A stretch of 64,000 nt of DNA from contig JBHGNT010000015.1 of the NCBI GenBank assembly GCA_043228905.1, forward strand, positions 17,608,001 to 17,672,000, written 5' to 3'. The stretch comes from Azolla caroliniana. Taxonomy: Eukaryota > Plantae > Polypodiophyta. The notes beneath the pieces are model-generated. The model ran no database searches. It saw only the letters and a program-made list of their open reading frames with translations, and had not been told where the DNA came from. A program made the position numbers and the translations under genes. Below, piece after piece: positions 50,137 through 62,968 of this stretch (positions are counted from its first letter, which is position 1; each line of letters starts with the position of its first letter).

Positions 50137-50393
50137 GGATTCAAAGCTCTCTGTTTCTGTTTCCCTGCAAAAGGATAAAAGATGTTAGGAAAAAAAAACA
50201 TGCATATATACATACGTATACGGTATATGTATGTATGTATGCATGCATGTATGTATGTATGCATATATGTATGTGATTGTATCTAACTACCACCAAAACT
50301 TAAAAAGGGCAAGTAGGGAATCGCGGGCACAAACGGTGAAGGTTGCACAGTTGATGGCGCGTGCGATCTCCACCGTCAGATGTGGATAAAACG

Positions 50394-50840
50394 CTGACAG
50401 CCTCTGTCTCCAGGAGCCCGACTCTGTCACAAGGAACCCCGCTATCTGACAGCCTCTGTCACCAGGAGCCCGACTATGTCAAAAGGAGCCCCATTGTTTG
50501 ACAGCCTCTGTCACCAGGAGCCTGACTATGTCAAAAGGAGGCCCCCTGTTTGACTGCCTTTGTCACCAGGAGCTTGACTCTGTCAAAAGGAGGCCCCCTG
50601 TTTGACTGCCTTTGTCACCAGGAGCCTGACTCTGTCAAAAGGAGGCCCCCTGTTTGATTGCCTCTGTCACCATGAGCCTGACTCCATCGAAAGGAGACCC
50701 CCTTGTTTGACAACCTCTGTCACCAGGAGCCCGACTTTGTCGAAAGGAGCCTCGTTTTCTAACAGCCTCTGTCATCAGGAGCCCGACTTTGTCAAAAGGA
50801 GCCCCACTGTCTGACAACCTCTATCACTAGGAGCCCGACA
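50394..50840. repeat. Tandem array, ~52-bp unit x ~9, each with the palindrome TGACAG-CCT-CTGTCA
   Basis: Seen directly; units diverge by point changes. Confidence 0.9.
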
Positions 50841-51225
50841 TAGAAACAAACATAAAAAACTCCAAAAAATTGTAAGTGTACAACAAATATTTGCCATAAA
50901 AATGATGCATAAAATTACTCAAAAAAAACCTAAACTTCCAATTGCTCAAAACCTAAAACTTAAAACTTAAAACTTAAAAATCACACAAACTTCTATCTCC
51001 AAACTCTAAATAACAAATCAACTTAAAGCTGCAAATAACAAGTTGTTGAGAATCAAACCCAACTTCCCCAATGAAGTGCTTTCACACTAGCAGCGGACAC
51101 ACTAGGCTAGTTTTGTAAATAACAGAAAGGGCAGCTACCCTAGACTAGTTGGTATTTAAACCAACCTTTTGTAACTTAATTACTGTTGGATGTAATTTAT
51201 TTTTCACAAATATAACTTCTTGTTC

Positions 51226-51282
<57 letters not shown>

Positions 51283-51289
51283 TTACAAT

Positions 51290-52788
51290 TGAAGATATAT
51301 GCATAAGACTTAAGAAATTGGCCTCTTGAAAGGCAAGCAATCTTCAATATATAAAAGTTAAAATGCTCAAATGGACGGGAAAGGAATCACATATATGGAT
51401 ATGCGATATGTTTAATGATGCATTGCAACATGGTATGCCATATGATTGGCCTACAAATTGGATCAAACCTTTACTTAAAGGCGGAGATGTAAATAATGTA
51501 AACAATTATCAAACTATCATGGTTGGCTCATTAATGGCAAAACTATTTGGATGTATAATGGAATCAAAGATAAGTGTATGGGCAGAAGAAAATGGTAAGA
51601 GAGCTTATGGACAAATTGGTTTTCGAAAACACCGTAGCACCATTGATCATCTTGTCACTCTTCGAGTATTAATGGAGGAAAGTCGCCTTAGAGGTAAAGG
51701 TTTATATTGTTGCTTTGTAGACTTCAAGAAAGCTTTTGATATGGTACCTCGTGAGCATCTTTGGAGGCGGATGGAAGAACTTGAGGTGCCAAGTGAATAT
51801 ATGCTTACAATTTCCCGAATATATGAGAAGGTTATATGTTGTGTGCGTATGCGAGATAGACTTTCAGGTTTTTTCAATAGCACTATTGATGTTAAGCAAT
51901 GGTGCCCACTCTCACCAACATTATTTGGTCTATGCATTGATGAATTAGAAGAAATGGTTACCAAGTTTGTAAAGGAAGAATGTGTTGAAGATGTTGCCAT
52001 TGGGAATGGTGTGATTATGCTTTTGTTATATGCGGATGATGTAGTGCTTTTTGCAAATACTTCAGGAGATGCACAAAAGCTTATGACGGCATTGGAAAAA
52101 CTTTGCATGCATACTAGATTAAGTGTCAATAGCTCTAAAACAAAGATTATGCTTGTGAAGAGTCAAAAAAGAGATAAACCATTCATTATGTACAATAATG
52201 AGCCACATGAATGTCTGGAAAGCTTCAAATATCTTGGCCTTGAAGTTCCTTCAAATCATAAATGGAATGAATGTGCTACACACCGCTTAGAGGCGGGTAA
52301 GCGAGCATATTATGCATTTGAGAACACATGCAATCTTGGAGATATTAAGTGTTGGGTCCTCAAGAAATATCTTTTTGACACTTTGGTGACCCCGGTTCTT
52401 CACTATGGGGTGGAACTATAGGGCGGTAGCATCCCTAAATCTATGTGGAAAGAGTTTGAAAATGTCCAAAAACATGTTCTTACAAAGTTTCTACAAGTTA
52501 AGAAACAAACGCCCTACACCCTCCTCCTCCTTGAGACGGGATTGCTTCCCATTGAGATCATGGCCATGGAAAGCGTTGTTGAATACATGCTTAAGGTTCA
52601 AAAAATCCCCTTAGATCGACTTCCTAGAATTGCATGGGAAGCAAGCAAAAAGATCCAAAAGACACATAAAAGCAAAATTTTGTGTTTCGGTTGGATGCAA
52701 GATTTAGAAAAATGGTTTGGTAGATGGGATACAAGACACTTGCTTCATGATGCGTCACTAGATTCCTCTGTAAATGAGACATTTTTGC
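51290..52788 (+). mobile_element. 5'-truncated RTE-like LINE reverse transcriptase, interrupted by the chromovirus
   Basis: QIGFRKHRSTIDH, FVDFKKAFDMV, CPLSPTLF, LLYADDVV, FKYLG; premature TAG at 52419; follows a (CT)n tract. Confidence 0.9.
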
Positions 52789-55700
52789 TGTCATGATATG
52801 GCAAGACTCGAACACATGACCTTATGCTACATGGGTCGAGCTCTTACCATTAGACTATGAATTGTAATTTATAGGATATTATTTTCATTTATGCTTTATC
52901 ATAGAAAATTGATGTATATTCTAGATCTCTCTGGAACATTCTAGAAGCTTAAGGATTATTCCTAAAAACACTATAAAAGGAGGCACAAGGCATTGTTTTG
53001 AACCAAATTGGTTCAACACCAGTCTTAAGCCTCTTAGCCGATTTGTACTTATCTTTCATATAATATAAGAGTTGTTGTTATCATCCTATCTCTCTCTCTC
53101 CTCTTCTCACTTCCTCTCTCTCGGGAATCTTACGTAGTCCCGTCCTCTTAGTACTAATAGTACTACTCTTCTTAGTACTAATTCCATCTCTGCTTTAGTA
53201 CTATTCCTGACAGTTTGAACCAAATTTCCTCTTTCCTCCAGCCTACTTGTCGTTCTCCCTCATCCTCCTACCCTTTTCCCTCTACTATGGCTACTGTTAG
53301 CGCCCAAGAATATCAATCCGTTTTCTCCGAGTTACAGTGCCTAAAAGAAAAGTTTGTTGCCCTGGAACAAGAAAACCGACGGCTGATAGGGGATCTGCAA
53401 CAAATCGCTCTAGAAAAGCAACAAACTCAGCAATAGCATGGGGAGTTAGCGTTACGGGTGCAACAACTCGAAGCGGCATTGCAACAACAAGGATCAAGTC
53501 CCCAAGGATTTCATAAAGAGCCGAAGATTGGACTTCCTGTGAAATTTGATGGAACGCGATCACAATTCAGGGGATTCCTTAATCAAGTAGTCCTCCAAAT
53601 GCATCCTTCCCGATACCCCATTGATGCATCCCGAGTCGGCTTAATAGGCACGTTGCTTAGCGGCTTAATTTGATGGAACGTGATCGCAATTCAGGGGATT
53701 CCTTAATCAGGTACGATTAGTCCTCCAAATGCATCCTTCCCGATACCCCACTGATGCATCCCGAGTCGGCTTAATAGGCACGTTGCTTAGCGGCTTAATT
53801 TGATGGAACGTGATCGCAATTCAGGGGATTCCTTAATCAGGTACGATTAGTCCTCCAAATGCATCCTTCCCGATACCCCACTGATGCATCCCGAGTCGGC
53901 TTAATAGGCACGTTGCTTAGCGGCTCAGCCTTAGCATGGTTCACTCCGCTTCTAGAAAAACAATCACCCTTGCTTAATAACTTTGAAGATTTTATTAGTG
54001 AGTTCAAAGCCTGCTTTGGAGACACCGACAGCATCAGGACGGCGATCAACAAGATTTGGCGATTGCGTCAAGGCGATCGTCCAGCCTCTGCCTACGCGGC
54101 GGATTTCCGCCTACTCGCTTCCGACATACCCTGGGATGATCAAGCACTAATGGAGCAGTTTCGCTATGGCCTGCGAAATGATGTCAAAGATCTACTTCTA
54201 ACCTTCCCCGAAGAACCAAAGTCTCTTACGGAGGCAATCAGTCGAGCGGTCCGATGTGACAACTGCCTCTTCGAACGGCGTTCAGAACGTTAATTACAGA
54301 TATCACGCGCTAGGCCGGAGCCCACTTACGCCGCAGTCGCGGCTAGACCGTTTGCACGAGACATACCTCAAGCAAATACTTCGACACCGATGGAGATCAA
54401 TACCATGCGTCGACGCGGCCCGTTATCGAAAGAAGAAAAGCAACGACGACGTGCAAATCGATTATGTCTTTATTGCGATGGACCAGGGCATATCGCAATC
54501 AATTGTCCCCATAGGCCAAGAAGACAGGTAAATCAAATTGTAGCCTATACTAAACCCGAGTCAATTCTTCCCTTAGGAGTGTCTGATAGTATTAATAGTA
54601 CTAATAGAGTGTTTGAGAGTATTCATAGTACTAATAGCCCAAGTATCTCAAATAAATTTGAAATCCTTAGTCAATTAGATGAAGAGTTAAACGATTGAGT
54701 CCAGCCAAAATAGGAGTCGTTTGGTTGGACAACCCTAGATCTGTACAGCCCATTAGTGGTTCCATTCCCTCCAAGCTAGTTAGCAATGTGTTCCTAGCCC
54801 AAGTCATTGTTAGTACTAAAAGTACTCCCCCAGTACCCGTCCTAGCACTTTTAGATTCCGGAGCTAATTCTTGTTTCATGGATCGAAATTTTGCCCAAGC
54901 TTCTCAGATATCCTTAAGAAAACTTCCTTGTCCCGCATCTGTAGTAGTCATTGATGGTCATCCCATTGCTTCCGAGAATATTGTAGAAGAATCAGAACCC
55001 ATTCAAGTTGTCCTAGGTAGTTTTGTGTGTGTAATATCATTTAATATAATTAGTAGTCCAGAGCATCCCATTGTCCTAGGATTACCTTGGTTTGAATTAC
55101 ATAATCCAGCCATAGATTGGAGAACAAGAGAAGTCCGATATCGACCACCCCAAGAATCAACTCACCAAGTTTCGACCATTTCACTCCATCAACTACGCGA
55201 AGAAGGACCCAAGGAGGCAATGTTCCTATTTGCAATATCAGTACATCCTTCCAGCACTATTAAGAAGGACTCCTCAGTACAACTTCCAGCAAAATATCAT
55301 CCTTATGCCGATGTATTTGACAAGGTAAAAGCCGGTACCCTTCCTCATCACCGTCCCTATGACTGTCCCATCGATTTACAACCAGGAACCGAGCCACCAT
55401 GGGGACCAATTTACAACTTGTCACCCACCGAGTTAGAAGTCCTTCGAGCCTACATAGAGGAGAACTTGGCAAGCGGGTTCATCCGCCATTCGAAATCTCC
55501 GGCCGGTGCACCCATCTTCTTTGTCAAGAAGAAAGATGGCTCACTTCGTCTTGTCGTTGATTACCGCGGATTGAATAAAGTCACCATCCGGAATAGGTAT
55601 GCACTTCCTCTTATATCAAGTCTTTTAGAGTGAGTTAATGGTGCCAAGTTTTTAACTAAAATCGACCTACGAGGAGCGTATAACCTCGTGCGGATCCGAC

Positions 55701-58619
55701 CGGGAGATGAGTGGAAGACCGTCTTTCGCACGCGGTATGGGCATTTCGAGTATACTGTTATGCCGTTTGGCCTAACCAATGCACCTGCAATCTTCCAACA
55801 CATGGCAAATGATATATTCAGAGACCTCTTGGATATCTGTTTGATCATTTATCTGGATGATCTATTGATTTATTCGAAGACCCAGGAAGAGCACGATTCT
55901 CATGTACTATTAGTACTAAAGCGACTCCTCGAGAATGGTCTTTATGCCAAGCTAGAAAAATGTAGCTTTGACTACAAGCAAGTGGAATTTCTAGGCTACA
56001 TCATCTCCTCAAAGGGCATCGCCATGGATCCAGCTAAAATCCAAACTGTACTAGAGTGGCAAATTCCACGGTCGGTACGAGATGTACAATGTTTTCTAGG
56101 TTTTGCTAACTTCTACCGTAAGTTTATACAGGATTACTCGAAGATTATTTTACCTCTCACACAACTTACGAAGAAGGGCCAAGCATTTCTTTGGTCCATA
56201 GAAGCAGATATGACTTTTCGGCATCTTAAGAAAGCCTTTACATCAGCACTGATTCTAGCTCATGTGGATACAAGCAAACCATTCATCATGGAGGCCGACG
56301 CATCAGATTTCGCCCTCGGTAGCATCCTTTCTCAACAAGGCGATAAAGAAGAGTTGCATCCAGTGGCTTTCCATTCGCACAAATTCGATGTCACAGAAAT
56401 CAACTACGAAATACATGACAAGGAGTTATTAGCCATCGTGGATTCATTTGTACAATGGCGGCATTTCTTAGAGGGCTCTCCACATCAGGTCATTGACTTT
56501 AGCGATCATAAAAATCTTGCTTATTTTCAGAACGCTCGCGTACTAAATCGACGGCAAGCTCGGTGGGCGCAATTCCTCACGCGTTTCGACTTCAAAATCA
56601 CATATCGATCGGGGAAGCAGCAAGGAAAAGCAGATGCACTATCAGGGCGTTCATATCTTGCACCTCGTCTTGGTGACGCAACATTTGATAATCAAAAGCA
56701 AGTAATCTTGGGACCAACACGATTGCACACGACGCGGATTTTTCACACCCCGATGGATTCACGGATTACCGATGACATACGTACAACCTTGAAGACGGAT
56801 AGTTTTGCTCAAGACATCCTAGCGCACATTGATACTTCTCGGGCATCCTGTTCTCAGTCTCAACAACCAAGTATTGACTACCGACAATTCGAATATCATG
56901 ATGGTTTGTTATTCTTTAAAAAGCGCGTATATGTCCCCGATTGCTCCTGTCGCCTTCAAATCGTCCAACATTGTCACGACACCCATACGGCGGGACATTT
57001 CGGTAGTACTAAGACGTTGGAGCTAGTGCAGTGATCTTTTTGGTGGCCCCACATGCGTCGTTTTGTCGACGACTACGTTCGGACCTGTGATGCTTGCTGC
57101 CGAGCAAAGATGCCACGACACCATCCATATGGTTTGTTGGAACCCTTACCAATTCCAAGTAAGCCATGGCAGTCTATTTGTCTTGATTTTATCACAGATC
57201 TGCCGGTCTCGAAGGGGTTCAATGCTATCCTAACCGTCGTCGATCAATATACGAAGATGGCACATTTTGTGCCATGTACTAAAGCCATCACTAGCGAGGA
57301 AACCGCCGCTCTTGTTATGCGTGAGGTATTTCGGCATCATGGCCTCCCAAACAGTATTATCAGTGACCGAGGCCCGCAATTTGTCTCCAAATTTTGGCAG
57401 CATCTCTTCAAGATGCTCAAGGTCTCCTGCAACCTCTCCTCCGGCTACCATCCTCAGACCGACGGGCAGGCGGAACGAACAAACCAAACGCTGGAGCAAT
57501 ATCTCTGGTGTTTCCTGAGTTATCAACAAGACGATTGGGCCGAGATTCTCCACTTTGCGGAGTTTGCGTATAATAATGCTATTCACTCCTCGACTCGGGT
57601 CTCCCCATTTTTCGCTTATACCGGTTTCCATCCTCGCTGGTCGGTGATCGACACTCTAGAGCTACCTACCAACCCTCGTGCCGAGGATCATTTGGAGAGG
57701 CTACGCAAGATCCAGATGGATCTCTCTACTCACCTTCGTCATGCTCAACACACACAGAAGACTTATGCGGATCGTCATCGGATTCCCTCCTCTTTTGCCA
57801 TCGGAGATCGAGTATGGCTCTTACGTCGTCACATCAAGACTACTCAACCGTGCGACAAGTTGGATTATCGACGACTCGGTCCCTTCCGTATAACGGGTAA
57901 GATTAATGATGTCACTTTCCGCCTTGATCTCCCTCCGCAGCTTCAGATACATCCGGTTTTCCATTGTTCTCTTCTTGAACCTTATAAAGCAAACACCATT
58001 CCCGATAGTGTGACACCACCGCCACCCCCGCTGGAGTTGGACGTCGGCCCGGAGTATGAAGTTGCTGCCATCCTCGATTCCAAACTTGTTCGCAACAAAC
58101 TTTATTACTTGGTCGATTGGCTCGGTTATAGTCCGAGCGAACGTACTTGGGAACCCGTCGAGCATGTTGCCAATGCACAGGATCTTCTTGTTGATTTCCA
58201 CCGAAAGTATCCGGACAAACCCGGTCCGCAATTAGCGCCGACTTGTTCCACTCGTCGTCTTTAAGGGGGAGATAGTGTCATAATATGGCAAGACTCGAAC
58301 CCATGACCTTATGCTACATGGGTCGAGCTCTTACCATTAGACTATGAATTGTAATTTGTAGGATATTATTTTCATTTATGCTTTATCATAGAAAATTGAT
58401 GTATATTCCAGATCTCTCTGGAACATTCTAGAAGCTTAAGGATTATTCCTAAAAACACTATAAAAGGAGGCACAAGGCATTGTTTTGAACCAAATTGGTT
58501 CAACACCAGTCTTAAGCCTCTTAGCCGATTTGTACTTATCTTTCATATAATATAAGAGCTGCTATCATCATCCTATCTCTCTCTCTCCTCTTCTCACTTC
58601 CTCTCTCTCGGGAATCTTA
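52789..58619 (+). mobile_element. Tcn1-like chromovirus (Ty3/gypsy), near full length, inactivated; 5' LTR 52789-53212, 3' LTR 58276-58619 (truncated)
   Basis: Gag from ATG 53287 (FDGTRSQFRGF, CLYCDGPGHIAINC); PR LLDSGA; RT YLDD; RH ADASD/NYEIHDKELLAI; IN SDRG/HPQTDGQAE; chromodomain EYEVAAILDS..YYLVDWLGY..TWEP; PPT aagggggagatag at 58263-58275; several premature stops. Confidence 0.93.
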
Positions 58620-58638
58620 TGCCGACTAGAACAGTTGT

Positions 58639-61210
58639 ACAATGCCGGCCGACAACAATGAAATATGCAGTTAGGTACTTCAAGGAATGTGATTGATGTC
58701 AACGAATGGGCGAGCCATCTGAAAAAGTGCGCATGCCACACTAATCGGTTATGCCATTAGAGCCATTTCAGAAATGGGGTCTAGATTTTGTCGAACCGTT
58801 CAAACCGGCCATGACATGTACCAGCAACAAGTATATCCTCGTTTCCACGGATTATTGCACCAAATGGGTGGAAGCTAATACTTTGCGCGACAATACGACG
58901 GCATCAACATCCAAGTTTTTTTATGAGAATCTTTGGTGTTGATTCGGCTGCCCAATCAAATTGATCAACGACCAAGGTGGTCACTTCACCAACAAGGTGG
59001 CGCAGGAGCTAACGCACCACTACGTTGTCATACACAAGAAAAGCACTCCTTACTACCCACAGGAGAACGAACTTGCGGAGTTGATGAGCAAGACACTATA
59101 GAATATCTTAAAGAAAATCGTCAACGAGAACCAGATACACTGGGATACGAAATTGCAAAGTGCTCTCTGGGGATATTGAATGAGTTACAAGACCAATATA
59201 TAGTCGACCCCATTTTGGCTAGCGTTTGATTTAGAAGTTGTCATGCCGATCTAATTTCAAGTGCCAAGTTTGAGGGTACATATCACCGAATAGTTGAACA
59301 AAAATGACTCAGAACAAAGCCGACTAGAACAGTTGTTGGAGCTCGAAGAGGAGCGGCCACAAAGCCTATGGAAGTTGGAACATGATTAGAGATGCAGAAA
59401 TTCGTTTGTCGACCGGCATTGTACAAAAAACAAGACCATGTTCGTGATCAACAAACCAGTGTTACTCTTCCAGATTATGATGGGACGGATGTCGGGGAAG
59501 CTAAGGTTCTGATGTCGCGGAAATCCGCGAGTACATGTAGGATCCTAGGCGGGACCACGGGGGTCGTGTACTAGGGAGTAGAGGAGAAATGGGAACTTCG
59601 CTCAAGAGGAGAGGAGAAAGAATAAGACATTAACATTGAACAAGAAATAGATGGAGGCAAGATACACAAACAAATTATATTAAGAATCCGCAAACAATTA
59701 CAACCATGGCCGCATAGGCCAAACCAAACGACTACAAGAAACCCTAATCGGATAGGTAAAGACGAAGAAGAATCTAATGAATGAAACACTGAAAACGAGA
59801 TCCTAAAACCCCAAACCCTAAAACCAAATAGGGATCATTAAAACCCTAATGGTCTACCCCGAAACAACAAAATGGTGACTCCCAAAAGTGGAAGCCCCTC
59901 CTCACTCAAAATAGGCAACCCCTTCACAAGAGACCCCTCACTCCCTTTTATAGTGGTAAGGGGTGAGGCACATAACAAAAGGAGAGGTCAAATCCCCTTC
60001 TTTCAATGGGGAATATTTTTCCTTGATCTTAAATCGGTGGGCCTTTAACTCTCTCCTCTCACATTCACACTCAATGCCCACTACTCCCTACACCCATTCT
60101 TCATGTACTTTCCTCTAGTCTACAAAGTGCACATCACCTTTATGCCTCTACGAACCTCATGGTGCACCTTTAGCACCTTAGATTATTACCCTTCCCCTTA
60201 TATTTTGTTATCTTATTCTCATTCTACAAATTTACAAGTGCATGTGCAATGTTGCGCATCCCCATTTTATTTGTCCTACCTGAGTTTCTCACCGTAGCCG
60301 GAAATCTTCACGACACCGATGGACCCTATTGGATCACAGACGTCGACAACAGGACGTACCAATTGGTATGTTAGCCGAAGAAATCTTGCCAAAATGGGTC
60401 AATGGCTTTCGACTCAAGTCATATGCCGGGTCGACACCCCCTAACCCATTCCTAGACAAAAGCCACAAAGATGACCCAAAAAACACTAAAGGGATGATGT
60501 TACAATAACTGGAAAAGTTCCAACAAAATCAACCTCGGGAGGAGAACTTCAGTCAACCTGAGCCGAAGAGGACAAACCGTAATATTCCTAAACCATACAT
60601 GTATATCACCGTTCTCTTTTTCTGTTATACTTTCTTGAAAAAGAAAGAAAGAAAGAAATAGTGGCACTCAGAGTTATTTAAGAAAAACGAACAACCAATT
60701 TCTTACACAGAAGAAGTAGCAAGAGCACAGAAGAGACGAAGCTTTCACAACAACACAGACGAACTACTCTCATCCAGAAAACTCTCAAACTCAGCAGACG
60801 TAGATAACATGCCGATCAACATCTCCTCAGAATTACGACAAAGGACCATGGCTTAGGAGGCTATATCAAGGTTGCAAAGGCTCCTCCGCACCCAAATGTG
60901 TTAAAGGTGGGGATGAAGATCAATGTTGGTCGCCTCACCAACACACATATTCGAGGGGCATTAGGCTTGATGCAAGAAAGGGGGTAGAGAGATCAATATC
61001 CCTCCTACAAAAATACTACAGTCCTATTTCGGGGAGTACTCCGCCACTGCCAAGGCATACAGAACACACGCAGGTTCTAATGAGTTCTTCAGAGAAGTGG
61101 CAAAGTTCCGAATGGAAGTCAATTGCGTGCATTTGAAAACCTACGGGATGCCGAAAAATAAATCAAGCTTCATCATTGCCACGTATGAAGGGGACAAAGT
61201 GGACTGGGGA
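58639..61210 (+). mobile_element. Decayed relative of the intact gypsy: integrase plus ORF2 N-domain remnant, split by a solo LTR
   Basis: [32 protein letters not shown]; KWVNGFRLK (~60390); ORF2 motifs HGLGGYIKVAKAPPH, FGEYSATAKAYRT, IIATYEGDKVDW (60847-61210). Confidence 0.85.
59513..60315. mobile_element. Solo LTR inserted in the integrase KLRFRW motif
   Basis: TGTCG...CGACA termini; flanks ctga/ccga (4-bp TSD with one CpG transition); the host frame rejoins. Confidence 0.75.
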
Positions 61211-61229
61211 TTCTTAGTCTTCGGTTGTC

Positions 61230-62238
61230 TCAACGAGATTGTCCTACATCCGATCCTTAGGGGGAAATCATGAAGTCGGTACCATACACACCAATAGTTG
61301 GCTCCCTAATGTACATGATGGTCGCGACACGGCCGAACATTGCTCATGTCGTAGGAACCATCAATAGATTTATGCACAACCCCAGCAGATCGCATTGGAA
61401 CGCGGTGAAGCATGTGTTTAGATATCTAGTGGGCACAAAAGACTATGGCATCCTATTCGGTCCGAACAAGATTTTAGGCGTTGTCGGTTGTATACCGACT
61501 CGAACTTCGCATGTTTCTTGGACAATCAAAAGTCAACAACCGGATATTGCTTCAAATTCGGTAATGAAGCAATTTCATGGAAGTTGAAACTCTAGGAGTG
61601 CACGACCACTTCAACCACTGAAGTTGAATACGTAGTTGCGTCCAACACTGGGAAAGAAGCTCTATGGCTCGATTGGCTGGCATGTACGTTTCGACACACG
61701 GACTCCAATTTGGCTCTAGTTATCTATAACGACAATTAGGGTGTTGTCGCTTTGTCAAAAAATTTGGTCCACCACAACACCTCAAATCACATCGATGTTC
61801 AATACCATTTTGTTTGGGATTGCATCACTTCAGGAAAGCTCGGCTTGAGAAGATATTTACGGTTGACAATGTAGCAGACAAGATGATCAAATGACTTTCG
61901 GCTAACTAATTCCAATCACTATGGCAATGATGGGCGTAAGGAGATATCTATCTGATTCCCATTTGGACAGACTAGGTTTAGGACATTTGTGTAATTAGTC
62001 CATAGGGCAGTTCGGTGGTTGTTGTTGTGCCATTCTTGTACTATAACACTTGAGAATAATATAGTTACTATTTTGCCCCCATGTCTCTGTCTCTCATCTC
62101 CTTCTCTGTTGATCTTGATCTATGTTAAGTCTCCTTTGATACTCTGTTCATTTTGTTTGCATCTCACATCAACTTGTTGAGTTCCTCTTTATCACGAGTG
62201 TTGTTCACTTTTTGCATACTAACGACCTTGCTTTCAAC
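61230..62238 (+). mobile_element. Decayed copia RT/RNaseH fragment with LTR-like tail
   Basis: VPY..IVGSLMYMMVATRPNIAHVVG, HWNAVKHVFRYL, STTEVEYV, NHIDVQYHFV. Confidence 0.85.
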
Positions 62239-62631
62239 AAATACCCCTCTAGAAGTATGAGATGAGGTTAAAGATCAAGTAATTATGGTAACACAAAGAT
62301 GTTTTAAAAACCATGGGGGTGACAAATGAATGTCTTTCCTTGAATAGTTTATACACGAAAAAAGATTAACAATAAACTAAGTCTATGTGCCCACCCGTGT
62401 GGTTTCGACTCTTTAAGTCCTATTATGAGGACCTTGAAGTGCACTTAGACCTAAAGTCTAAACATGTTTTATTGTCGTATGTATCAATAATGGTGTATGG
62501 TCTTGGTCAAATTTGTGCTCAAAACTTCGAGAACAAAGCCATTAAACACCACCCATCTAGTTTCGGCTCCTTAAGTCCTATTACAATGAACCCAAATTGC
62601 ATTTAGACCTAAAGTCTAAACATGTTTCATA

Positions 62632-62881
62632 TGTTGAGAATCAAGCTCAACCTAGCCTAGTGTGTGAACACACCCTTGAGAGTGTATGAACACTCAAAGG
62701 TCAAAAGTCACACCACTACTCTTTACACATTAACTATGTGTCATGTCATAGAATCATATTCTATGGCACATAACTAATGAGTTTCCACATTCCCCATGAC
62801 TCATGAGCTTCGGTAGTTAATGAAGAGAGAGAATGACTATGTAAAGTACTCTCTCCTTTGTAATATACAATATATCTTGAG

Positions 62882-62922
<41 letters not shown>

Positions 62923-62968
62923 TCTCTAACCTATTCCGTTGCACAAGAATCACCATCGATTCTTTACA
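62632..62968 (+). mobile_element. Copia LTR (same family as 11973-13153)
   Basis: TGTTGAGAATCAA...gattctttaCA; no TSD recognised. Confidence 0.7.

Noticed and set aside
50394-50840. CRISPR-like array (also considered for 36775-36940 and 46198-47160)
   Set aside because: No unique spacers, whole units are repeated, eukaryotic context, no cas genes.
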